Of a stretch of DNA of 36,280 bases, positions 30,197 through 36,280 are shown in pieces (positions within the stretch are counted from its first letter, which is position 1; every line of letters begins with the position of its first letter). Source of the DNA: a virus. The notes beneath the pieces are model-generated. The model made no database searches. It saw only the letters and a program-made list of their open reading frames with translations, and had not been told where the DNA came from. The stretch lies in the IMG/VR virus record IMGVR_UViG_3300017816_000002; one strand, written 5' to 3'. The translations under genes and the position numbers were made by a program.

Positions 30197-30339
30197 TGGC
30201 CGCCGACAAGCCCCAGCCCCAGAGGCCGAAGGCAAAGCCGGCGCACCCGTGGCGGGCGTTCAACCCCGGCTGGCTCCAGTCCAACCCGGCCCTGCCGGAT
30301 CGAATCGTGCCGCGGCACTCGCGGCTGGTGAGGAAGTGA
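30196..30339 (+). CDS. Hypothetical small basic protein (47 aa)
   Basis: TGATG overlap with the upstream stop. Very high GC3. Confidence 0.5.
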   Translation: MAADKPQPQRPKAKPAHPWRAFNPGWLQSNPALPDRIVPRHSRLVRK

Positions 30340-30341
30340 CC

Positions 30342-30665
30342 ATGAGCGCCACCGTCCCGTTCCACAACACCGCCGGCCTCACCGGCCGCCAGCTCCTCGC
30401 CGCCTCCCGTGTGGCCAAGGGGCAGGAGGCCGCGATCATGGAAATTTTCCGCGCCGCCGGGCGCCCGCTCACCCCGTCCGAGGTGCATGCCCGGATGCCC
30501 GGCCGCGTGCTGCTCACCAGCGTCCGCCGCGCCATGTCGAACCTCACCCAGGCCGGGGCGCTGGTGAAGCTGGACCGGGTGCAGCCGGGGCCGTTCGGAC
30601 AGCCGGAGCACCTGTGGGCGCTACCGGCCGGGCAGGGCGAGCTGTTTCATGGGAGGGCGGGGTGA
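30342..30665 (+). CDS. Winged-helix DNA-binding-like protein (107 aa)
   Basis: GAGGAA SD. ILEIF-like AIMEIFRAAGRPLTPSEVHARM...VRRAMSNLTQAGALVK fits a wHTH pattern. Confidence 0.6.
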   Translation: MSATVPFHNTAGLTGRQLLAASRVAKGQEAAIMEIFRAAGRPLTPSEVHARMPGRVLLTSVRRAMSNLTQAGALVKLDRVQPGPFGQPEHLWALPAGQGELFHGRAG

Positions 30666-30901
30666 TGGACCGCGACGACGCCCGCATGGTCGCCCTGATC
30701 CTCGCCGGCCACGACCAGTGCCCGCGTGCCGGGATCCTGCAGAGCGGGCGTCCGGGCATGCGGCCGGTGTCCTACGGGTTCGAGGGCGAGGAGCTGGAGG
30801 TCGGCGGGCATCGCTTCGAGCTGGTCGAGCTGCGCGAGGCGCTCGCCCGGCTGCAGGCCATGGCCGACATGCAGGGCGACCTGTTCCAGGAGGCCGCATG
30901 A
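30665..30901 (+). CDS. Hypothetical protein (78 aa)
   Basis: TGATG-coupled to the upstream gene and ATGA-coupled to the downstream gene. Confidence 0.55.
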   Translation: MDRDDARMVALILAGHDQCPRAGILQSGRPGMRPVSYGFEGEELEVGGHRFELVELREALARLQAMADMQGDLFQEAA

Positions 30902-31089
30902 GCACCCAGCACGCCAGCGCCTACCAGGCCGGCCGCTACGCGCGCCAGGCCGGTCGCGGGCTCGAGTCATGCCCCCGCTACGGGATCACCCCCGAATCCC
31001 GCGACGAGGCACGGGCCTGGCAGCAGGGATGGCACGACGAGGACCGCGAGCAGGTCGCCGCGCGAACCTCAAAGGCGAACGCACGATGA
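30898..31089 (+). CDS. Rmf/CrpP-family small protein (63 aa)
   Basis: AYQAGRYARQAGRGLESCPRYG...ARAWQQGWHDE parallels the ribosome-modulation-factor/CrpP motif (YQAG..A..G......CPY......W..GW). Confidence 0.65.
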   Translation: MSTQHASAYQAGRYARQAGRGLESCPRYGITPESRDEARAWQQGWHDEDREQVAARTSKANAR

Positions 31090-31997
31090 ACTACTTCGAG
31101 CTTTATCCGGGCGACTACCTCAAGGCCACGGGCCGACTGACCCTGGCCGAGCACGGCGCCTACCTGCGCCTGCTGATGGAGTACTACGCCACCGAGCAAC
31201 CGCTGCCAGAGGACTACGACGAGCTCTACGTCATCGCCTCGGCTATCAAGCCAGCCGACCGCGCCGCCGTGAAGAAGGTGGCGGACCGCTACTTCCCCAT
31301 CGGCGACGACGGGCTGCGGCACAACGAGCGCGCGGACGCCGAGATCGAGAAGGCGCAGCGGCGTATGGCCGCATCCAGGCAGAACGGAGCCAAGGGCGGC
31401 CGACCCCGCAAGCCCCAGCAAGGGGCTGGAGAAAACCCAGCAGGTATCCCAACGGGTATCCCACTGGGCACCCCAGCAAAAACCTACTCTGGAGAAGCTC
31501 TCCAGACCCCACACGCCATACAACCTCCAGATACGCCCCTGGGAGCGGATACCACCTCGGAGGCGCGCGCGCCCGCTACGACGCCCCCTGCGCCTGGTGA
31601 ACCCACCACCGCCGCCGGCCGTGCCTGCCTGGCTATGCGACGCGGCGGCATCGCGCAGACCAACCCCAGCCACCCCGCGCTGCTCGCCGCCATCGCCGAG
31701 GGCGCGACGGACGCGATGTGGGAACACACCGCGCGCGAGGCCGTGGGCCACAACCCGCCCAAGGGCTTCGCCTGGGTCATCGCCACCGTCCGCGGCCGCC
31801 TCGCCGATGCCGCAAACCTCCCGACCGGAGCCGCACATGGAACCCATCGCCAGCCATCTCCCGCACCCCGACTCTCCGCAGCCGACCGCGTCCTCGCAAA
31901 CGTCCAGCGCGCCCAATCCGAACACGGCGACGCCTGGCCGGATGAGCAGCCCGCCGACGACGCCATCCCAGGCGAGGCCGTCCGGCTCCCTGGCTGA
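31086..31997 (+). CDS. DUF1376 (YdaU-like) replication-module protein (303 aa)
   Basis: N-terminus MNYFELYPGDYLKATGRLTLAEHGAYLRLLMEYY...PLP is the DUF1376 signature. A basic linker (GAKGGRPRKP) precedes the C-terminal domain. Confidence 0.75.
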   Translation: MNYFELYPGDYLKATGRLTLAEHGAYLRLLMEYYATEQPLPEDYDELYVIASAIKPADRAAVKKVADRYFPIGDDGLRHNERADAEIEKAQRRMAASRQNGAKGGRPRKPQQGAGENPAGIPTGIPLGTPAKTYSGEALQTPHAIQPPDTPLGADTTSEARAPATTPPAPGEPTTAAGRACLAMRRGGIAQTNPSHPALLAAIAEGATDAMWEHTAREAVGHNPPKGFAWVIATVRGRLADAANLPTGAAHGTHRQPSPAPRLSAADRVLANVQRAQSEHGDAWPDEQPADDAIPGEAVRLPG

Positions 31998-32604
31998 CTT
32001 CGTCTGGTTGCACATGGCGGCCCTCTACGGCCACACCTGGACCAGCGCCTACGGCGACAGCAGCCGCGGCCCGGCCGGCGCCCAGTGGGCCAAGACTCTC
32101 GCCGGCATGACCCGGGCGCAGATCGAGGCCGGCATCGACGCCTGCAGGGCCGAGGGCGCCGAGTTCCCGCCCAGCGCCCCGCGCTTCCGCGCCATGTGCC
32201 TGGGCATCCCGAGCCTTGCCCGCGTCCGCCTGGAGCTGACCCGCGGGCAACCCTCGCCGTTCGCCCGCATGGTGTGGGCCAACCTCGACGTGCACCGCTA
32301 CCGCACCGAGAGCGCCGACCGCGCCGACCGGATGCTCCGCGAGGCCTACGAGCTGGCGCGCGAGGAGCGGATGCGTGGCGCCGAGCTTCCCGAGCCGCCG
32401 ACTGCGTCCATCGAGCAACAGGCACCCCAGCCGTGGGTTCCGCCAACGCCCGAGGAGCGCCAGAGGATTCTCGACCGCGTTCGGGGTGAGGTGCAGTTCC
32501 ACACCCCCGAGTTCATCGCCAAGGTCGAGGCCACGATGGTCGAGTTCGGGTGCAGCCGCGACCAGGCTGAACGAATCGTTGAGAACGGGGAGAGGGAGGT
32601 GTGA
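31837..32604 (+). CDS. Lambda P-like replication protein (helicase-loader family); start uncertain
   Basis: WAKTLAGMTRAQIEAGIDACRAEGAEFPPSAPRFRAMC parallels lambda P ...ITTMEQVNAGMRVARRQNRPFLPSPGQFVAWC (recollection). ATG 31837 has a GGAG 8 nt upstream but overlaps the previous gene by 161 nt. Alternative starts are 31942 and 32014. Confidence 0.65.
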   Translation: MEPIASHLPHPDSPQPTASSQTSSAPNPNTATPGRMSSPPTTPSQARPSGSLADFVWLHMAALYGHTWTSAYGDSSRGPAGAQWAKTLAGMTRAQIEAGIDACRAEGAEFPPSAPRFRAMCLGIPSLARVRLELTRGQPSPFARMVWANLDVHRYRTESADRADRMLREAYELAREERMRGAELPEPPTASIEQQAPQPWVPPTPEERQRILDRVRGEVQFHTPEFIAKVEATMVEFGCSRDQAERIVENGEREV

Positions 32605-32939
32605 TGAGCGTGCAGAATCCACCAGCATCGCGCGCGCGTTTGGCGGGGCAGCCCACCGACGGCAGGGCCGGTGTGCGCAGGCCGATCCGGTTCCTGGGCA
32701 AGGCATTCACATCCGAGGCCGAGTTCATGCAGGCGTTCCCGGCCTACGGGTCGCACGGCTGCATCCGGGCGATTCGCGCCGGCTGCGAGACGCCGCACGA
32801 GGTCGAGGTGTGGCTGTACGAGCAGTCGCCGGAGGCGCGGCGGCGGATGCGCGACGCGCTGCGCAGGAACCGCGAGCAGATGGCCAAAGCTGGGCTGACC
32901 GGGCGCGGCCCGAGGTCGAAGCGGAGGAGGGCGGCATGA
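32601..32939 (+). CDS. Hypothetical protein (112 aa)
   Basis: ATGA-coupled at both ends. Basic C-terminus. Confidence 0.6.
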   Translation: MMSVQNPPASRARLAGQPTDGRAGVRRPIRFLGKAFTSEAEFMQAFPAYGSHGCIRAIRAGCETPHEVEVWLYEQSPEARRRMRDALRRNREQMAKAGLTGRGPRSKRRRAA

Positions 32940-33127
32940 CTGTCGCCAGGCTGAGGCCATCGTCGAGGGCGGAACGGGGGAGGCTGAGCATGCGGCGTAA
33001 CCATGCGGACGCATCGCGCGCGGACGGCTCGCCGGGCAGCTGGCGGCCGCTGGGATTCGGGCTCTGTGCGGCGTCGGCGGCTCTGGTGCTGTGGGCCGGG
33101 GTGGTGCTGGCGGGAGGTGGGGCGTGA
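32936..33127 (+). CDS. Small membrane protein (63 aa, C-terminal TM)
   Basis: GGAGGAGGG SD. Hydrophobic stretch [23 protein letters not shown]. Confidence 0.55.
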   Translation: MTVARLRPSSRAERGRLSMRRNHADASRADGSPGSWRPLGFGLCAASAALVLWAGVVLAGGGA

Positions 33128-33507
33128 TGCGCGACCTGATCCTCCCCTGGCCGAGCCGCGACCTGCACCCCAACGCCCGCGTGCACTGGCGGGTGAAGTC
33201 GAAGGCGACGAAGGCCGCCCGCGCCGCCGCGTGCCTGCTCGCTCGCCAAGCCGGATGGGCTGCACTGCAGCTCCCCGCCGGCCGCCTGCACCTCTGGCTC
33301 GACTTCTACCCGCCGGACCGCCGGCGCCGCGACGACGACGGCCTGCTGGCGAGCATGAAGGCCGCCCGTGACGGCATCGCCGACGCGCTCGGCATCGACG
33401 ACTCGCGCTTCATCTCGCACCCCTACGTCCGCGACGAGACCCGCGCCGGCGGCGAGGTCCGCATCCGCATCACCGCAGGAGAAGCCTCATGCAGCCCCAA
33501 CCCCTGA
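33127..33507 (+). CDS. rusA: RusA-family Holliday junction resolvase
   Basis: [29 protein letters not shown]...[37 protein letters not shown] is the RusA signature. Confidence 0.85.
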   Translation: MRDLILPWPSRDLHPNARVHWRVKSKATKAARAAACLLARQAGWAALQLPAGRLHLWLDFYPPDRRRRDDDGLLASMKAARDGIADALGIDDSRFISHPYVRDETRAGGEVRIRITAGEASCSPNP

Positions 33508-33689
33508 CCCAGGCCGAACTCGACCGGCTCACCGACGACCAGCTCAGCGTGCTGGCACGCGCCACGCAGCGCCTGGCCGACGCCTCGCAGCGGACCGCCG
33601 CCGGCTACCAGCGGCAGGCGGACCGCATGCGCAAGGCGATCAAGATCCGCAATCGCAACCGGAGGACCGAGCATGGCGAACGTGCGTGA
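33489..33689 (+). CDS. Hypothetical protein (66 aa)
   Basis: Helical and basic. Overlaps both neighbours. Confidence 0.5.
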   Translation: MQPQPLTQAELDRLTDDQLSVLARATQRLADASQRTAAGYQRQADRMRKAIKIRNRNRRTEHGERA

Positions 33690-34368
33690 GCTGCTGGGCA
33701 GGCTGAACCAGCAAACCATCCGCTACGACGTGGGCCGGGGCGGCATCCCGGAGCTGTCGAACCAGGACATCGCCGCAGCGCTGGCGTTCGTGGAGCCGGG
33801 TCTGGGCCGCGAGCTGCTCGAGGCCTGCTGGTGGCCGGACGGGGCTGCGCTGCGCCGAAAGCAACTGCGCGACGCGGTAATCGCGCTGGTGCAACCGGAA
33901 CTGCGCCGGCAGTGGCAACTGCTGGCCGATGCGAGGACGGAGCTCGGCATCGCCAAGGCGTGCATGGGCTGGGGCGGAGCGGTCACGCCGGAGCAGCAGC
34001 GTGAGTTGGAGCGTGCCACCGCGCGCCTGGAGCGAGTGACCGCCGAGTGCTGGCCGCGTACCACGCTGGAATCCTTGCCAACGCTGGCCCAGGCGGTCAT
34101 CCGGGAGATCGCCCACCGGTCGCTGTGCGGCGACTGCGGCGGCCGCGGCCAGTTGGTGGCCGGCGAGCTCGTGGTGACCTGCGCGACCTGTGGCGGCCAT
34201 GGCGTGGTGCCGATGAGCGACCGGAAGCGGGCGGCCGCCATCGGGCGCGACGAGGCGGCCTATCGCCGAAACTGGCGGGGCGTCTACGAGTGGCTGCTGG
34301 TGCGGATGCGGAACGCGGAATCCGCCGCCGCCGCGCAGCTCAGGAGGGCGCTCGACCGGGCTGCGTAG
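33673..34368 (+). CDS. Late-gene antiterminator Q-like protein
   Basis: 231 aa. Zinc-ribbon CGDCGGRGQLV...CATCGGHG followed by SDRKRAAAIG...YRRNWRGVYEWL, as in Phage_antitermQ. Located immediately upstream of a promoter and terminator and the lysis genes. Confidence 0.78.
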   Translation: MANVRELLGRLNQQTIRYDVGRGGIPELSNQDIAAALAFVEPGLGRELLEACWWPDGAALRRKQLRDAVIALVQPELRRQWQLLADARTELGIAKACMGWGGAVTPEQQRELERATARLERVTAECWPRTTLESLPTLAQAVIREIAHRSLCGDCGGRGQLVAGELVVTCATCGGHGVVPMSDRKRAAAIGRDEAAYRRNWRGVYEWLLVRMRNAESAAAAQLRRALDRAA

Positions 34369-34375
34369 CGCGGAC

Positions 34376-34405
34376 TTGCTAGGTCCGCGGATTTCCCCCT
34401 AGATT
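34376..34405 (+). promoter_or_regulatory. Candidate late promoter (PR' analogue)
   Basis: -35 TTGCTA (34376-34381), an 18-nt spacer, then -10 TAGATT (34400-34405). The -35 sits in the loop of the inverted repeat CGCGGAC/GTCCGCG (34369-34375 / 34383-34389). Confidence 0.5.
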
Positions 34406-34418
34406 TCCCACCATCGCG

Positions 34419-34455
34419 CGCCTGCCCCCGAAACGGGGCGGGCGTTTCCGTTTCC
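34419..34455 (+). terminator. Intrinsic terminator just downstream of the late promoter (tR' analogue, Q target)
   Basis: 10-bp stem CGCCTGCCCC / GGGGCGGGCG (34419-34428 / 34435-44, one G-U pair) followed by TTTCCGTTTCC. Confidence 0.7.
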
Positions 34456-34640
34456 GGGGTTCGGGCTGGTGGTGCCGGCCGCCGCAAGGGCTGGGGCCTC
34501 CCGGCCGCCCCGACCATCCACGCCCGTCTACCCCAACCGGACCAACCATCGAGCCCAGCCGGGCGCGGTGACGGGCCCCTATCGCCTGCTCGCGGTACCC
34601 GCCAGCCCACGACTCCGGGGCTGACGCGGGCAGGCGCTCT

Positions 34641-34654
34641 ATTGCCGAGGCAAT
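34641..34654 (+). promoter_or_regulatory. Small hairpin enclosing the holin SD (sdi-like)
   Basis: ATTGC-CGAG-GCAAT directly abuts GTG 34655. The GAGG SD lies in the loop and 3' arm. Confidence 0.35.
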
Positions 34655-34930
34655 GTGCAGATGAAGGATCCGATCACCCAAGACCTGGCTGTCGGCCTGG
34701 CGAAAGTCGCACCGCCCGTGGCGGTGGCGGTCACCAGCACGGCGACCGGCATCACGCTCCAGGAGTGGGTGCTCATCACGACGATCGTCTACGGCGTGGT
34801 GCAGACCAGCCTGACCATTGTCCGCGGCTGGGGCGACTGGCTGACCTGGTGGGGTGGGCGGATGGCGGATCTGCGCCGCGTCTGGGACTGGGCGCGCAGC
34901 CGCTGGGCGAGGTTCATCGGCCGTGGCTGA
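34655..34930 (+). CDS. Holin, two TM domains (pinholin-like); two possible starts GTG 34655 / ATG 34661
   Basis: 91 aa. TM1 is LAVGLAKVAPPVAVAVTSTATGI and TM2 is WVLITTIVYGVVQTSLTIV, with a basic C-terminus. First gene after the late promoter, followed by a SAR endolysin. Confidence 0.78.
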   Translation: MQMKDPITQDLAVGLAKVAPPVAVAVTSTATGITLQEWVLITTIVYGVVQTSLTIVRGWGDWLTWWGGRMADLRRVWDWARSRWARFIGRG

Positions 34931-35426
34931 GGTCAAGAACAGGGCGGTAGGGGGCGGCATCGCAGCCGTCGTCCTGGGCGGTGCGCTGGCCCTGGCGGCC
35001 CCGATCATCCAGCGATGGGAGGGCGTGCGCTACACGGCCTATCAGGACAGCGTCGGCGTCTGGACCGTCTGCTACGGGCACACCAAGACCGTCGAGGCCG
35101 GCAAGCGCTACACCAAGGCCGAGTGCGATGCGCTGCTGGCGCAGGACATGGCCGAGGCCAACGCCTACGTCCGCCAGTGCATCGGGGTGCCGATGCTGCG
35201 CCAGATCGAGGCTGCGCTGACCAGCGCGGCCTTCAACCTCGGGCCGCAGGTGGTTTGCGGCTCCACCCTACAGAAGAAGGCGCTGGCCAACGACTGGCCC
35301 GGCGCGTGCGCGGAGCTGGACAAGTGGAAGTTCGCCGGCGGCCGGGAGTTGCGCGGGCTGGTCCTGCGCCGCGCCGACGAGCGCGCACTGTGCGAGGGAC
35401 GCGCCCTGTGGGGAGGCGAGTCGTGA
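34923..35426 (+). CDS. SAR endolysin, GH24 (P21 R-like lysozyme)
   Basis: The Gly/Ala-rich N-terminal segment GGGIAAVVLGGALALAAPII is the SAR domain. WEGVRYTAYQDSVGVWTVCYGHT matches the remembered P21 R segment [22 protein letters not shown]. The start at GTG 34923 is chosen over GTG 34854 and is uncertain. Confidence 0.85.
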   Translation: MAEVKNRAVGGGIAAVVLGGALALAAPIIQRWEGVRYTAYQDSVGVWTVCYGHTKTVEAGKRYTKAECDALLAQDMAEANAYVRQCIGVPMLRQIEAALTSAAFNLGPQVVCGSTLQKKALANDWPGACAELDKWKFAGGRELRGLVLRRADERALCEGRALWGGES

Positions 35427-35890
35427 CCTGGCGCCCGGCCGCGGTGCTGCTGCTGGTGGCCCTGTCCTTCTGGGCCGGCTGGTCCTGGCGTGGCGCACGC
35501 GCCGAGGCCGTGGAGGCCGGCCTGCAGCGCGACGCTGCCCAGGCCCGGGTCGCCGCGGAGCAGAGCGCCCGCGCCACTGAACACGCCGCCGCGGCCATCC
35601 TGGCTGAGGTCGGCGCACGCCACGAGGAGGACCGTGCCGATGCGGAAGCCGTGCCTGCTGCTGTTGCTGCTGATCTGCGCGCCGGCATTCTCCGGCTGCG
35701 CCGCGAATGGGCCGGGTGCGAAACCCAGCGCCTGTCCGACGCTGCCGCCGCCGCCGCCGAACGTGATGCGCTCGCCGCAGAACGAGAGCGCCTTGCGGGC
35801 GCTGTTGTTCGAGTCGGCCGAGACGCCGACGACCAGATCCGAGCCCTCCAGGCCGTGATCCGCGCGTACCGCGAGGAGCAGGAGCCATGA
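35423..35890 (+). CDS. rz: i-spanin Rz
   Basis: GTG 35423 overlaps the endolysin stop (GTGA). N-terminal TM AAVLLLVALSFWAGWSW, then an Ala/Glu/Arg coiled coil and an LRAGILRLRREW motif. Confidence 0.8.
   Translation: MTWRPAAVLLLVALSFWAGWSWRGARAEAVEAGLQRDAAQARVAAEQSARATEHAAAAILAEVGARHEEDRADAEAVPAAVAADLRAGILRLRREWAGCETQRLSDAAAAAAERDALAAERERLAGAVVRVGRDADDQIRALQAVIRAYREEQEP
35640..35858 (+). CDS. rz1: o-spanin Rz1, embedded in Rz in the +1 frame
   Basis: MRKPCLLLLLLICAPAFSGC carries a lipobox (FSGC). The mature part is Pro-rich (CPTLPPPPPN). Lies entirely inside rz. Confidence 0.8.
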   Translation: MRKPCLLLLLLICAPAFSGCAANGPGAKPSACPTLPPPPPNVMRSPQNESALRALLFESAETPTTRSEPSRP

Positions 35891-36280
35891 GCACCATCGG
35901 CCGGGCCAGCAACGCGTTCGCCTCCGCGCACGACCGAACCCGCGTCCACTGCGTTCGCATCTACCCGGGCGAGTCACGCCGGCTGCTGGCCAGCTTCAAC
36001 GGCGTGATGCCCAAGGGCGAGCGGATCATCAAGGCCACGTTCCGCCAAGTGTCCGCTTGCAGCGTGGCGATGGCCGACCCCCAGCTGGAGCACGCCGGCC
36101 GCGCCGCCTCCGTCCAGCTCACGGCCGCGTACCGCGGCTGCCAGCCGATCAAGGCCCCCGTCCAGACCGACGCCGGCAACGCCTACGTGCTGATGGCCGT
36201 GGCCGAGGTCAGGGGCGGGCCCTGGTTCGGCGACGAGGAAACCGCGGCCGGGCCGACCGAGCTCACCGTTACCGATACCC
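35887..36280 (+). CDS. Hypothetical protein between the lysis and packaging genes (133 aa when completed through the repeat to position 128)
   Basis: ATG 35887 overlaps the Rz stop (ATGA). The frame stays open to the window end with high GC3. The stop is found at 126-128 after wrap-around. Confidence 0.65.
   Translation, partial: MSTIGRASNAFASAHDRTRVHCVRIYPGESRRLLASFNGVMPKGERIIKATFRQVSACSVAMADPQLEHAGRAASVQLTAAYRGCQPIKAPVQTDAGNAYVLMAVAEVRGGPWFGDEETAAGPTELTVTDT
36158..36280. repeat. Terminal direct repeat, copy B
   Basis: Identical to 1-123. Confidence 0.95.

Noticed and set aside
34854-34922. Upstream GTG start for the endolysin (190-aa form)
   Set aside because: It would overlap the holin by 77 nt and add an Arg/Gly/Ala-rich off-frame-looking N-terminus. 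GTG 34923 starts right at the SAR domain. This remains uncertain.

Overview
The window is a complete, circularly closed genome (bases 1-123 are identical to 36158-36280, so the unit is 36157 bp) of a high-GC temperate P22-like/lambdoid podovirus. No tRNA, rRNA, CRISPR array or transposase was seen. Plus-strand late genes run terS, terL, portal, scaffold, coat, gp4-like adaptor, gp10-like hub, three ejection proteins and two tail-fibre genes (125-16429). Minus-strand genes then run integrase, AlpA-type excisionase and a long early-left operon with DUF551, an SSB-like protein, RecT and a YqaJ exonuclease (17709-26167). An immunity region at 26225-28830 has matching PL and PR promoters and TAGC-N3-GCTA operators. 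The early-right operon holds cro-like, CII-like, Rmf/CrpP-like, DUF1376, lambda-P-like, RusA and Q-like genes. It is followed by a Q-type late promoter and terminator, and a lysis cassette of a 2-TM holin, a SAR endolysin and Rz with embedded Rz1. The most interesting material is accessory cargo in the classical moron slots. (1) A repressor-cotranscribed operon in the lambda rexAB position encodes orf134, a secreted SHOCT protein and a DUF3800 protein, and ends at the clearest U-tract intrinsic terminator I found, just before PL. (2) An autonomous three-gene cassette (acidic protein, RHH-like protein, XRE HTH) has its own promoter and palindromic operator between the tail fibres and int. (3) Two small membrane proteins lie antisense inside the virion module, in the P22 sieA/immI position. 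(4) A two-gene antisense module between cro and cII is fronted by three helically phased GTCCCAC heptamers. All functional calls come from reading the sequence by eye and from remembered family signatures; no searches were run.
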